Both the position numbers and the translations under genes were made by a program. DNA of 64,000 nt, from contig JBHLMQ010000005.1 in the NCBI GenBank assembly GCA_048938005.1, forward strand, positions 89,826-153,825. Direction: 5' to 3'. The notes beneath the pieces were generated by a model. The model ran no database searches. It was given only the letters and a program-made list of their open reading frames with translations, and was not told where the DNA came from. This DNA is from Promethearchaeota archaeon. GTDB lineage: Archaea > Asgardarchaeota > Lokiarchaeia > Sigyniarchaeales > SOKP01. Of the stretch, positions 1 to 9,907 are shown piece after piece. Every line of letters starts with the position of its first letter. Position 1 is the first letter of the stretch.

Positions 1-322
1 ATTAAATGTATTTAATGAATTACACACTTTTTCTTCTTTCGTGGTGTCTTCAGCTCTGTTAACCCAAACTGGAAGAGTTATTGTTTCATCTTTAGAACCT
101 AATATTCTCTCTGAAATAATTAGATTATTGGAAGGAAGATTCATCTCAGGGAACTTTAGAGTAAATGAACTTATTTCCTTAGAAAATTTCGGTGTGCTTT
201 CATTAATAGGAATTGATGAACATTTTATATCAGTCATTCAGTTTAAGAGTAATTGTCCTTTTGAGACGGGATTAGTCATCTCTAAGAGATTTTCAAATAG
301 GATCCAAAAATTAATTTGTTGA
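1..322 (+). CDS. 3' end of a gene entering the window; roadblock/LC7-like C-terminal domain
   Basis: Frame is open from position 2 (LNVFNELHTFSSFVVSSALLTQTGRVIVSSL...), so the GTG at 41 is internal. The helix-strand-strand(xxxG)-helix-3 strands-helix pattern resembles roadblock domains (inference). Confidence 0.5.
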   Translation, partial: LNVFNELHTFSSFVVSSALLTQTGRVIVSSLEPNILSEIIRLLEGRFISGNFRVNELISLENFGVLSLIGIDEHFISVIQFKSNCPFETGLVISKRFSNRIQKLIC

Positions 323-510
323 ATTTAACGAGTCTATTTGTTCAGAAACTGATCATTATTATTTATTTTATAAAAAGATTTTTTAAAAAATAAAGCAATA
401 TTTTGCATATCGTATATTCGTTTTCCAAAAATTAAAAAGTGTATGCACTTTTTCCCTAGTATAATTAGTTATCTTAAAAATTTAAAGGATTAAAAAGTGG
501 GGTAAAAACT

Positions 511-1794
511 ATGGCAAGATATATGGACCAAGTAATTAATGATGAAATTCTCGAGAAATTGAGCCTTAAAAATCGATATACTTTCATTAACAATAATTTA
601 ATGCCAATTTTATCACCAGAACAGTTTAATTTCCTAAAAAGTGTTCAAAAATTTTGTATGAGGTTTGAAAAAAAAAATAATATTACTCATGGCCCCGATG
701 ATGATGTTTACGATTGGATTCCCACATTCGGCGCAGAAGGATATGTTACAAGAGCACATAATTTTGAAATGATCGATATTAATTATGATCACTATGGAGC
801 AGCAGCGGATTTACTTCGTACTCTTGCTTTAGACACCTTCGATACACAATTTTCTATGGCTATAGGCGCTACAGTATTAGCAGTAAATCCTATTTATGAC
901 CATCATGAAAATATACCAGAGAGACTTGAAGCTTTAAAAGATTTAGTCATAGGTGAAGCTCCTGGTTGTATTTGTATAACTGAACCTGAAAGAGGTTCTG
1001 ATGCTGTACATCAACTTAGTACCTGTGATGAGCAAGAAGATGGTAGTTTTCTACTGAATGGAGAGAAAATTTTTAATACAAATGCACCCAAATCGAAATG
1101 GGCTGTTGCGTACGCCACTGCGGAAAAAAATAATGGTAATTTAATGGCTCAATTTTTAATTAATACAAACTGGGATGGGTGGAAGTGCGATCGAGTATAT
1201 ATTCCGTATGTCCCAAAATTATATTTAGGACACGAGAGATTCGAAAATTTAAGAGTTCCAAAAGAATATATATTAGGTCCTGTAGGTAAAGGAAGAGAGC
1301 ATCTTTTTGAGGGTTTGATACCCGAACGAATTGGTATAGCATATGGTGCTATTTCTCAATGCTGGGGTGCTGTATCTCATGCAGCGATTTATGCTAACAT
1401 GAGAAAGCAATTTGATCAAGAAATCCTAAAATTCCAGGGAGTTGGGTTTCTATTAACAGATTTATGGGCGAAAACGACTAATTTGACCATAGGATTGCTA
1501 AAGTTTTGCGAAGCATATGATCAAAAAATGGAAAAATTTGAAGGAAAAATACCAACCAACATTTCTAGAGCTATGGTTGCGAGTGCTTCTCAATTTAAAT
1601 ATCATTGCACCAATCTTTCTAAAGAAGTTTGTTATGAGGCTGCCAATCTCATGGGAGGAGCAGGATTATCTGATAATACATTAATGCAAGATTATGTTAA
1701 CATCTCAAGGATTCAAGAAATTGTTGGGGGCTCAAGACAAATTCAGCAATATATCATGAGTATGGCCCTAAGACAGCTTTTCAAAATGCTCTAA
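511..1794 (+). CDS. acyl-CoA dehydrogenase (paralog 1)
   Basis: ITEPERGSD, LNGEKIFNTNA, RKQFDQEILKFQGV and NLMGGAG motifs; PERIGIA supplies an IVD/LCAD-position Glu. Confidence 0.93.
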   Translation: MARYMDQVINDEILEKLSLKNRYTFINNNLMPILSPEQFNFLKSVQKFCMRFEKKNNITHGPDDDVYDWIPTFGAEGYVTRAHNFEMIDINYDHYGAAADLLRTLALDTFDTQFSMAIGATVLAVNPIYDHHENIPERLEALKDLVIGEAPGCICITEPERGSDAVHQLSTCDEQEDGSFLLNGEKIFNTNAPKSKWAVAYATAEKNNGNLMAQFLINTNWDGWKCDRVYIPYVPKLYLGHERFENLRVPKEYILGPVGKGREHLFEGLIPERIGIAYGAISQCWGAVSHAAIYANMRKQFDQEILKFQGVGFLLTDLWAKTTNLTIGLLKFCEAYDQKMEKFEGKIPTNISRAMVASASQFKYHCTNLSKEVCYEAANLMGGAGLSDNTLMQDYVNISRIQEIVGGSRQIQQYIMSMALRQLFKML

Positions 1795-1910
1795 AATCTA
1801 TTTTTTTTCTTATTATTTTTTAATAATAGCTTTTTTTCCTTAATACAATATTAATAAACAATAATTCAATTATACTCTTAATATAAATTTAGATTATATA
1901 GGGTTTAAAA

Positions 1911-4154
1911 ATGGAAGAATTACTCAATATCGCTAAAAATGCATTTCCACCTGTATCAGGATCTGAAAAAGTAAAGGGAACTCAAGAAGAAGTTGAAATT
2001 TTATGGGATAAATGGGGTATCCCGCACATTTACGCAAAAACAATAAATGATGCATATTTTGCTCAAGGATATATTCATGCGAGTCATAGATTATGGCAAT
2101 TGGAATTCTTTAGAAGAGTATCATCTGGTAAATTATCTGAAATTGTAGGTGAGGCTACTCTTGATAGAGATAAACATTATAGAATTATTGGATTGCATCG
2201 TATCGCGAAAAAATGTGCAAAGAATTTAAGAAAAAATCCAAATAATGATATATTGGTAAGCTTGAATTCGTATGTAAAAGGTGTGAATAGTGGGATTAAA
2301 AAAGCTCTTCAAAATCTACCAATTGAGTTCGCTGTTCTTAATATTAAACCCCGAGAATGGACTTTAGAAGATTCCCTTAAAATTGCTAGTTTAATTGAGT
2401 GGGGATTAGGCAATTGGAGTTATCCTTTAGAAGTGTTACGTGAGCATTTGATTATGGAATTAGGAGTTGAAATGGCAGATAAAATCATTCCTCTCTATTC
2501 GGGTGCAGAAATAGAAAAATCTAAGGGTAGTAATGGATGGGTTATTAGCCCCAATAAATCGACATCAGGAGCAGTGTTGTTTGCTAATGATCCACACTTA
2601 ACACTTACATTACCAGTAATTTGGATTCTTATGCATTTGATTTGCCCGGATTTAAATGTTATAGGTTCAACATTTCCAGGATTGCCCAGTGTAATATTAG
2701 GTCATAATGAAAAAATTGCTTGGGGTGCAACAACTGTCACAACAGATAATGTTGATTTATTTAAATTAGAGATAAACCCAGATAATGAAAATCAATACAA
2801 ATACAACGGGAAATGGGTTGATTTTATAATTGTTGATGAGCCAATTAGAATTCAAGGTTCTCCTGTACCCCTTGATTATAAAGTTAAAATGACAAACTTT
2901 GGACCGGTTGTTGAATATATTGAACTAGAGAATAAAGTTCATAAAATCACACTCCCAGAAAAATATGCTTTACAATGGACTAGTTACGTGGCCAATTTAG
3001 AAGATTCAATAGAGAGTTTTAGAATGATAAATGTAGCTTCTAATTGGAGTGAATTTCGTAAAGCATTAAGCAAAATGACAGTTACGCCTCAAAATTTTAT
3101 ATATGGAGATATAGAGGGTAATATTGGTCTTCAACACGGAGGAAAGCTTCCAGTACGAAGATATGGAGATGGAGCAACAGTAACTCCTGGAACAGATGAG
3201 AAATATAACTGGAGTAGCCTTGTTCCCTTTGAGAAAATGTTTTCAATATATAATCCCGACTACGGATTTGTGTATACAGCGAATTATAATGAAGATAAAG
3301 CTCCTAATGGTGTACTTCTCGCTCAAGATGTAGCTCAACCCTATCGGCAAATGAGAATTAAAAATTTACTCAAATCAAAAGAAATTTTCTCAATTCAAGA
3401 TTTTAAAAATTTTCAATTAGATTTTTTTACTGAAGAAGCACCAGAAATATTACCCCTAATGATAAAATACGTGAAGGATAAAAAACATTCGGAACTTTAT
3501 AAGGAAATTCTTTCTTTATTAGAAAATTGGGATTATTATTTGACTAGAAATAGTGTTGCTAGTACAATATACAAAATATGGTGTCAAGAAGCCTTAGAAG
3601 TCATTTTAGTTCCGTTAATTGGTAGAGAACTCTTCGATATTTATTTAACATCAAATCCATTTGAACTTAAAAGACTATTCAAATTATATGATGAAAAAGT
3701 TGATGAACTCAGACAACTATTATTTGATGCACTTGAAAACGCAATAAAATTCTTAATAGAAAAATTTTCTTCAGACTATCAAAAATGGAAATGGGGAAAT
3801 TTACATAAAGTAGTTCTTGCTCATCCTTTCTCTCAGGCTAATGAGGATGCCAAAATGTTAAATATAGGACCGTTTAAAATTGGAGGGGACTCTAATACGC
3901 TTAATAATGGATATTATGATCCAATGAATAATTATGAAGTTATTGTTGGACCATCATTCCGCCAAATTCACGATTTATCTGATTGGGATAAATCCATTGG
4001 AGTTATTCCTGGAGGGCAATCTGGTTTACCATTCCATAAACATTACAGCGATTTAATGAAATTATGGGTAAAGGGGAAATATATTCCTCTATTATTTACG
4101 AGAGAAGTGATCTCACAGAATAGTGAGGGTTTATATAAACTTATACCTAATTAA
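1911..4154 (+). CDS. penicillin acylase family Ntn-hydrolase (peptidase S45)
   Basis: WDKWGIPHIYA, AQGYIHA, nucleophile motif GSNGW, ANDPHL, PGGQSG; no signal peptide. Confidence 0.93.
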   Translation: MEELLNIAKNAFPPVSGSEKVKGTQEEVEILWDKWGIPHIYAKTINDAYFAQGYIHASHRLWQLEFFRRVSSGKLSEIVGEATLDRDKHYRIIGLHRIAKKCAKNLRKNPNNDILVSLNSYVKGVNSGIKKALQNLPIEFAVLNIKPREWTLEDSLKIASLIEWGLGNWSYPLEVLREHLIMELGVEMADKIIPLYSGAEIEKSKGSNGWVISPNKSTSGAVLFANDPHLTLTLPVIWILMHLICPDLNVIGSTFPGLPSVILGHNEKIAWGATTVTTDNVDLFKLEINPDNENQYKYNGKWVDFIIVDEPIRIQGSPVPLDYKVKMTNFGPVVEYIELENKVHKITLPEKYALQWTSYVANLEDSIESFRMINVASNWSEFRKALSKMTVTPQNFIYGDIEGNIGLQHGGKLPVRRYGDGATVTPGTDEKYNWSSLVPFEKMFSIYNPDYGFVYTANYNEDKAPNGVLLAQDVAQPYRQMRIKNLLKSKEIFSIQDFKNFQLDFFTEEAPEILPLMIKYVKDKKHSELYKEILSLLENWDYYLTRNSVASTIYKIWCQEALEVILVPLIGRELFDIYLTSNPFELKRLFKLYDEKVDELRQLLFDALENAIKFLIEKFSSDYQKWKWGNLHKVVLAHPFSQANEDAKMLNIGPFKIGGDSNTLNNGYYDPMNNYEVIVGPSFRQIHDLSDWDKSIGVIPGGQSGLPFHKHYSDLMKLWVKGKYIPLLFTREVISQNSEGLYKLIPN

Positions 4155-4212
4155 AAAAATCTAATAGAATTAATTAATTTATTAACTAAAAATAAAAAAG
4201 AATTTAGATATT

Positions 4213-5511
4213 TTAAGAAACTGACATTTTATATAATGTCCTTAAAGAGAGAGACATAATATATTGCTGAATTTGTCTTGAGCCCCCAACAATTTCTTGA
4301 ATTCTTGAAATATTTAGGTAATCTTGCATGAGAGTGTTGTCACATAAACCCGCACCTCCCATAAGGTTAGCTGTTTCATAGCAAACTTCCTTTGAGAGAG
4401 CAGTGGCTTGATACTTAAACTGAGAGGCGCTTGCGACCATCGCCTGGGAAATGTTTCTAGGGATGTTTCCTTCAAATTTCTTGATTTTCTCATCAAATGA
4501 TTCACAGAACTTTAAAAGCCCAATTGTCAGGTTTGTAGTCTTAGCCCAGAGATCTGAAAGTAAGAATCCAACTCCTTGAAATTTTAATATTTCTTGATCA
4601 AATTGTTTTCTTAAATTAGCATAAATTACAGCATGGGAAAGAGACCCCCAACATTGAGCGATAGCTCCGTAAGCGATCGCGATTCTTTCTGGAACAAGTC
4701 CTTCGAATAAATGTTCTCTGCCTTTGCCTACAGGACCTAATATATATTCCTTTGGTACTCTTAAATTACTAAGTTTCTCTTTACCTATAAATACTTTAGG
4801 CACCCAGGGTATTCCTACACGTTCACAGCTCCACCCATCCCAGTTTGTATTAATTAAAAATTGAGCCATCATATTTCCATTATTTTTCTCAGCAGTGGCA
4901 TACGCGACTACCCATTTTGACTTAGGAGCATTTGTATTAAAAATTTTTTCTCCATTCAGTAGAAAACTACCATCTTCTTGTTCTTCACATGTAGTAAGTT
5001 GATGTACAGCATCAGAGCCTCTTTCAGGCTCTGTAATAAGAATTGCACCTGGCGCTTGGCCAGTCACTAAATCTTTTAAAGCATCAAGTCTCTCTGGCAT
5101 ATTTTCATGATGTTCATAAATAGGATTTATTGCTAATACTGTTGCGCCACCTGCCATAGAAAATTGAGGATCATAATTATCAATAGCAATTGTACGTAAT
5201 AAATCTGCGGCCAATCCCCACTCAGGGTAATCTAAGTCAATCATCTCAAACGCATGTTGTCGAGTGATATAACCCTCTACTCCAAATGCAGGAATCCATG
5301 CATATAAATCTTCATCTGGTCCATGTGTAACCTGATTTTTCTTTTCAAACTTTAAACAAAAACGTTGAACTTTCCTAAAGAAATTGAATTCTTCTTGAGA
5401 TAAAATTGGTGTTAGATTATTATTAACGAAAGCGTATCGATTTTTAAGGCTCAATTTCTCGAGAATTTCATCATTAATGACTTGGGTTTTAAATTTTTGC
5501 TTTTCATTCAT
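4213..5511 (-). CDS. acyl-CoA dehydrogenase (paralog 2)
   Basis: Same motifs as 511..1794; highly similar along its whole length. Confidence 0.93.
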   Translation of the reverse strand: MNEKQKFKTQVINDEILEKLSLKNRYAFVNNNLTPILSQEEFNFFRKVQRFCLKFEKKNQVTHGPDEDLYAWIPAFGVEGYITRQHAFEMIDLDYPEWGLAADLLRTIAIDNYDPQFSMAGGATVLAINPIYEHHENMPERLDALKDLVTGQAPGAILITEPERGSDAVHQLTTCEEQEDGSFLLNGEKIFNTNAPKSKWVVAYATAEKNNGNMMAQFLINTNWDGWSCERVGIPWVPKVFIGKEKLSNLRVPKEYILGPVGKGREHLFEGLVPERIAIAYGAIAQCWGSLSHAVIYANLRKQFDQEILKFQGVGFLLSDLWAKTTNLTIGLLKFCESFDEKIKKFEGNIPRNISQAMVASASQFKYQATALSKEVCYETANLMGGAGLCDNTLMQDYLNISRIQEIVGGSRQIQQYIMSLSLRTLYKMSVS

Positions 5512-5704
5512 TATTATTCATCTCATGATTTTATTCTTTTAATTAGGTATTTTTAAAATACTATTTTATTTTGAATATAACATTTTTTCCATAATAAGTT
5601 CAACTGATTTCTTTAAATAATTTTATTTTCGAGAAATTTAAAAAAATACTATTAAAATAGAATATTATGAAAATTTAACAAAATAATAATTGGAGAATAT
5701 AATT

Positions 5705-6991
5705 ATGAATAAACGATTTAAGACACAAGTCATTAATGATGAAATTTTAGACAAATTAAATCTTGCAAATAGATATAATTTCCTTAATGATAATTTATCT
5801 CTTATTCTTACTGAAAAGCAGTTTGCCTTTCTTAAAGAGGTTCAAAACTTTTGCTTAAAATTTGAAAGAGAGAATAATATAACACATGGCCCAAACGAAG
5901 AAATTTATGATTGGTATCCTGTGTTTGGAGAGCAAGGTTATATAACCCGTCAGCATGCATTTGAATGTATTGATTCGAATTATAAGGAATTTGGAATGGC
6001 TATGGATTTTATGAGGATACTTGCTCTTGATTTATTTGATCCTCAATTTACGATGGGCAGTGGTGCTACAGTTATTTGTATTAATCCCATATATGAACAT
6101 CATGAAAATATATCTATTAGATTAGAAGCTTTAAAGGAACTTGTTAAAGGAAAAACAACAGGATGCTTAATGATCACAGAACCTGAGAGAGGCTCTGATG
6201 CAGTTCACATGCTAACAACATGTGATGAGCAGGAGGATGGTAGTTTTATACTAAATGGAACTAAAATTTTTAATACTAATGCTCCTAAGTCAAAATGGGC
6301 AGTTGCCTATGCCACCGCAGAACAAAATAATGGTAATTTAATGGGACAGTTTCTTATCAACACTTCATGGGAAGGTTGGAATTGTGAACGTGTAGGAATA
6401 CCCTGGGTGCCTAAATTATACCTTGGTAAGGAAAAATTGGAAAATTTGAGAGTTCCAAAAGAATACGTACTTGGTGGAGTCGGGAAAGGAAGAGAACACC
6501 TTTTTGAAGGATTAGTACCTGAAAGAATTTCGATAGCCGTGAGAGGTGTAAGTGAGTGTTGGGGAGCATTAGCCCACGCAATTATTTATGCAAATATGAG
6601 AAAACAATTCGATAAAGAAATTTTGTTATTTCAAGGAGTAGGGTTCACATTGACAGATCTATTGGCTAAAACAACAGCTCTTACTCATGGAATATTGAAA
6701 TTTTGCGAAACCTACGATGAAAAGATGGAGAAATATGGATATAAGTTGCCTGAAAACATATCCCGTGCATTCGTTGCCTTGGGGAGTCAATATAAATATA
6801 ATTGTGCTTTACTTTCTAAAAAAGTTTGTTATGAAGCCGCAAACTTAATGGGTGGTGCGGGTTTATGTGATAACACTCTCATGCAGGATTATTTAAACAT
6901 TTCAAGAATACAAGAGATAATTGGTGGAAGTAGACAAATACAACAATTCATTATGTCAAGAAACTTAAGATATCTATTTAAAAATCTATAA
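5705..6991 (+). CDS. acyl-CoA dehydrogenase (paralog 3)
   Basis: Same motifs. ATG at 5705 (MNKRFKTQV) follows GGAG and matches the paralog 2 N-terminus, so it is preferred over TTG 5690. Confidence 0.92.
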   Translation: MNKRFKTQVINDEILDKLNLANRYNFLNDNLSLILTEKQFAFLKEVQNFCLKFERENNITHGPNEEIYDWYPVFGEQGYITRQHAFECIDSNYKEFGMAMDFMRILALDLFDPQFTMGSGATVICINPIYEHHENISIRLEALKELVKGKTTGCLMITEPERGSDAVHMLTTCDEQEDGSFILNGTKIFNTNAPKSKWAVAYATAEQNNGNLMGQFLINTSWEGWNCERVGIPWVPKLYLGKEKLENLRVPKEYVLGGVGKGREHLFEGLVPERISIAVRGVSECWGALAHAIIYANMRKQFDKEILLFQGVGFTLTDLLAKTTALTHGILKFCETYDEKMEKYGYKLPENISRAFVALGSQYKYNCALLSKKVCYEAANLMGGAGLCDNTLMQDYLNISRIQEIIGGSRQIQQFIMSRNLRYLFKNL

Positions 6992-7064
6992 AAACTGGCC
7001 CACTTCAAAAGAAATATATAGAATAAAATAAAAATGAGGTTTTCTAATTTGGGTTTGAGGGATT

Positions 7065-7271
7065 TTACTCCTCTTCTTCTCCCATCAATTCTTCAATCTT
7101 TGTCTCAAGAGCCTCAATTTTCTCCTCCAGTGCCTCAATCTTTTTGTTGGTTTCACAGGTAGCACATCCATCATCTTCTTCACATTGTGGGAGGGTGTCA
7201 CAAACTTCTTGAAGTTCATCCATTTCTTCTAATAATTGATCAACTTGATCCTGTAATTCTTCAATACTCAC
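7065..7271 (-). CDS. small acidic coiled-coil protein with four Cys (possible metal site)
   Basis: 68 aa; AGGTG SD upstream; heptad helices flank C-x5-C-x5-C-x2-C. Confidence 0.7.
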   Translation of the reverse strand: MSIEELQDQVDQLLEEMDELQEVCDTLPQCEEDDGCATCETNKKIEALEEKIEALETKIEELMGEEEE

Positions 7272-7392
7272 ATTTCACACCTTAAATTTTTATGTTAATA
7301 AGGATATGATAATTTATTTTTTTTTGCCTTAAAAATTTAAATTAATAAGGGACTAGTGTTTTAAATAAGTTTCATAATTATTATTAGAAATA

Positions 7393-8388
7393 ATGGTAGA
7401 AAAAAACGAGTTTAAAGAGATTATCAAAAGTCTAACAAATAAGAATAGTTTGAACCGAGCAATATCAATTTCAGATAATTGTGTAAGAATTAATAGGATA
7501 GATAAAGAGCTTGGTATAATTGAAGCTGAAATACAAGGAAATAAATTAGTTCCATATAAGCTAAATTTTAATATATCTCAGAAAAACCTATACGAGGTTA
7601 TTTATCATGATTGCCCCGATTATTTAGCTCGTAAGAAACTAAACAATAAATTTTGCAAACATATTGTAAAATTTTTTTATGTTTTAGGAAATCAGGATTA
7701 TAAATTTGCAACCTATCTATTAACAGAATTACATTCCAAAATAAAGATAGAAAATCAACAGAAACAAATTGATCTGTTTGATATTAATCATTTTGTAAAT
7801 GCTGAACTTAAAAATCAATTAGATTTTGATTATAAAGGTTTTGATTATTTTTTTGATATTTCTGAACTAGAAAGTACTGCAAGAAGATGCTTAGAATCTA
7901 TTTTAATGGAAGCTAAAAAGTTGCCCGCTGCATTAAGGGGATTTCATGGAGGGTATGAAGGAGGCCTTTTTGACCATATTTTATTGGTGACAAATTATAC
8001 GTATGAGTTATGTAAAACTATGGATTACGACGTTGATATTAAAAAAGCAGTTTTAACAGCTATTTATCATGATTTTGGTAAAATCTCATATTATGCTTTT
8101 AAAAGGAAAGATATTCAATCTAAAATTGCATTACCTCGTGAAGAATTAGAAATAATACACGAGGATATTGTAAGGAAGTTTAACTTTGAGGGAAGAGATT
8201 ATCACGTTGAAGAAGCATTAGCAGTGCTGAAGAAAAACAAAGATGTTTTGTTTTTTGACGATGAGATGTCAAAAGCGATAATTTTTCATCATGGTCAGTG
8301 GAGTAAGTATTATCCAATAGAAATGAATGAATTGGCAACTCTTATACATAAAGCGGACATGATCGCTAGCCAGACTCACTATATATAA
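7393..8388 (+). CDS. SWIM zinc finger + HD-domain phosphohydrolase fusion
   Basis: HDCPD...CKH (SWIM) followed by GGLFDH...YHDFGK...HHG...ADM (HD domain, YhaM/Cbf1-like). Confidence 0.8.
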   Translation: MVEKNEFKEIIKSLTNKNSLNRAISISDNCVRINRIDKELGIIEAEIQGNKLVPYKLNFNISQKNLYEVIYHDCPDYLARKKLNNKFCKHIVKFFYVLGNQDYKFATYLLTELHSKIKIENQQKQIDLFDINHFVNAELKNQLDFDYKGFDYFFDISELESTARRCLESILMEAKKLPAALRGFHGGYEGGLFDHILLVTNYTYELCKTMDYDVDIKKAVLTAIYHDFGKISYYAFKRKDIQSKIALPREELEIIHEDIVRKFNFEGRDYHVEEALAVLKKNKDVLFFDDEMSKAIIFHHGQWSKYYPIEMNELATLIHKADMIASQTHYI

Positions 8389-8450
8389 TCTAAACATTTT
8401 AAATTAAATATAATAAATTAAGAAAGTTGTTATGGTTTTTGTGTCTCTTC

Positions 8451-9110
8451 TCATGATTCTGATATCTCAGAAATTTCTTCCTTTTTGCGGAATTTTTTAA
8501 CAAGTTTTTTATAACTTTTAACAGATTTTTTAATTAATTCAAGCGTCTCTTTTGGCAAATCTTCTTCAGGAATTTCAAGATCTTGGGTCATAAAATCACA
8601 AGCAATTGTGAGTTTATAATCTTGTTCAAAGGTTCTCTTAGTAAAAGTTCTAATTAATGAAGATTTCCCAACAGCAGCAGCTCCGGTAAGTAAAATCTTG
8701 AACCTAAATTGATCAGAATCTACAACTTCTCCTAACCTTGGTTTGAAATCTAGTAATGCTGTAACAGCTAAACGGTAAAATAATTTTCTAACGTTTTCAT
8801 TTTCTAATGCAGAGGTTTCTATATATTCAAATAAGTAGTATTGATTTACTTTTTGAATAATTGTTTCTCTTGGGATTATTTCTCCTAAATCTTCTTTTAA
8901 ATCTTTCTTATTTCCAACTAAAAAAATAGGAATATTCCCAGAGCGTTCCCTTATCTCATCAAAATATTCATCTATCTTATCAAAAGTATCAGGTCGACTT
9001 AAATCAAAAACTAAACCTACAGCTGCAACACCTTTAAAAAAATCGGTTTTAAAAAAATCAAATCGTTCTTGTCCTCCTGTATCCCATAGCGATAATATAA
9101 TTTTTAACAT
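8451..9110 (-). CDS. circularly permuted Rab-like small GTPase (G3-G4-G5-G1-G2)
   Basis: WDTGGQERF, VGNKKD and ETSA precede KILLTGAAAVGKSSL and YKLTIACDF. ATG at 9110 avoids overlap with the upstream gene; the track start is TTG 9149. Confidence 0.85.
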   Translation of the reverse strand: MLKIILSLWDTGGQERFDFFKTDFFKGVAAVGLVFDLSRPDTFDKIDEYFDEIRERSGNIPIFLVGNKKDLKEDLGEIIPRETIIQKVNQYYLFEYIETSALENENVRKLFYRLAVTALLDFKPRLGEVVDSDQFRFKILLTGAAAVGKSSLIRTFTKRTFEQDYKLTIACDFMTQDLEIPEEDLPKETLELIKKSVKSYKKLVKKFRKKEEISEISES

Positions 9111-9136
9111 ATTTAGATTCACACTTTTATGAAATC

Positions 9137-9841
9137 TTATGATTCCCAAATAGCAATATATTCATCCAAAATTTTATATATGCTATTAAATCCCATGGTT
9201 TTATAAAACTCTTTAAGACTCTTTTTATCAAGGTTCCATTTTGATCTCAATTGATAAGGATTAATACCATCATTATCTAAAAATAGGAAATCAATAATTT
9301 TCAATAAAGGTTTCGGCAAGTATTTACCGAAGAATATCACAATTTTAAAAAGTCTATCACGAGCAGAGATTTCTTTCGGTTTAATGACATAAGGCTCACA
9401 AACAATAATTTTTTGAGAGATTTTTTTAGCTATATTAATTAAATCAACATGTTTGGGATAGATATGATGTAAAATATCACAAATAACAATTACATCCTTT
9501 TTTTTTCCTTGATAATCTTGAAAATCAAAAATGTTTTTTTGATACAACGCAATTTTTTTTAATTTTATATTTCTTTTTTTCAATTCTTTTCTTCTTATTC
9601 GCTTAAGAAATCGGTGATTAAGATCAACACCTTCATATTCTATTGCCGGATGTAAAAAACGCATTAAATATCCGGTACCACAAGGCAAGTCTAATACTTC
9701 TTTTGGTCCTTTACCTATTAACATAGCAATTGTTAGAAATTTTTTATCTTGATTATATAATCTTCTTGTAACTGCGTTATAAAGCCATGCACTCCGATAC
9801 ATTAAGCTTCTAAAACCAGTAATTCCTGTTTTTACGACCAT
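9137..9841 (-). CDS. class I SAM-dependent methyltransferase
   Basis: VLDLPCGTG motif I, GVDLN, DVIVICDILHH. Confidence 0.85.
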   Translation of the reverse strand: MVVKTGITGFRSLMYRSAWLYNAVTRRLYNQDKKFLTIAMLIGKGPKEVLDLPCGTGYLMRFLHPAIEYEGVDLNHRFLKRIRRKELKKRNIKLKKIALYQKNIFDFQDYQGKKKDVIVICDILHHIYPKHVDLINIAKKISQKIIVCEPYVIKPKEISARDRLFKIVIFFGKYLPKPLLKIIDFLFLDNDGINPYQLRSKWNLDKKSLKEFYKTMGFNSIYKILDEYIAIWES

Positions 9842-9907
9842 TGTTAACTAGAGTCCTTTTATTTGAAAACTTAAAATAAAAATTGAGGAAAAAAAATTTG
9901 AAAAATT

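Noticed and set aside
8430-8453. TGA readthrough adding EETQKP to the permuted GTPase; similarly TGT-TGA at 317-322
   Set aside because: No redox motif context or SECIS; ordinary stop codons are sufficient.
9111-9164. Missing G1-G2 half of the GTPase hidden upstream by a frameshift or TGA readthrough
   Set aside because: The frame closes at TGA 9164-9162 after IYCYLGII. The upstream DNA is an intact methyltransferase with no P-loop, and G1-G2 are present at the C-terminus.
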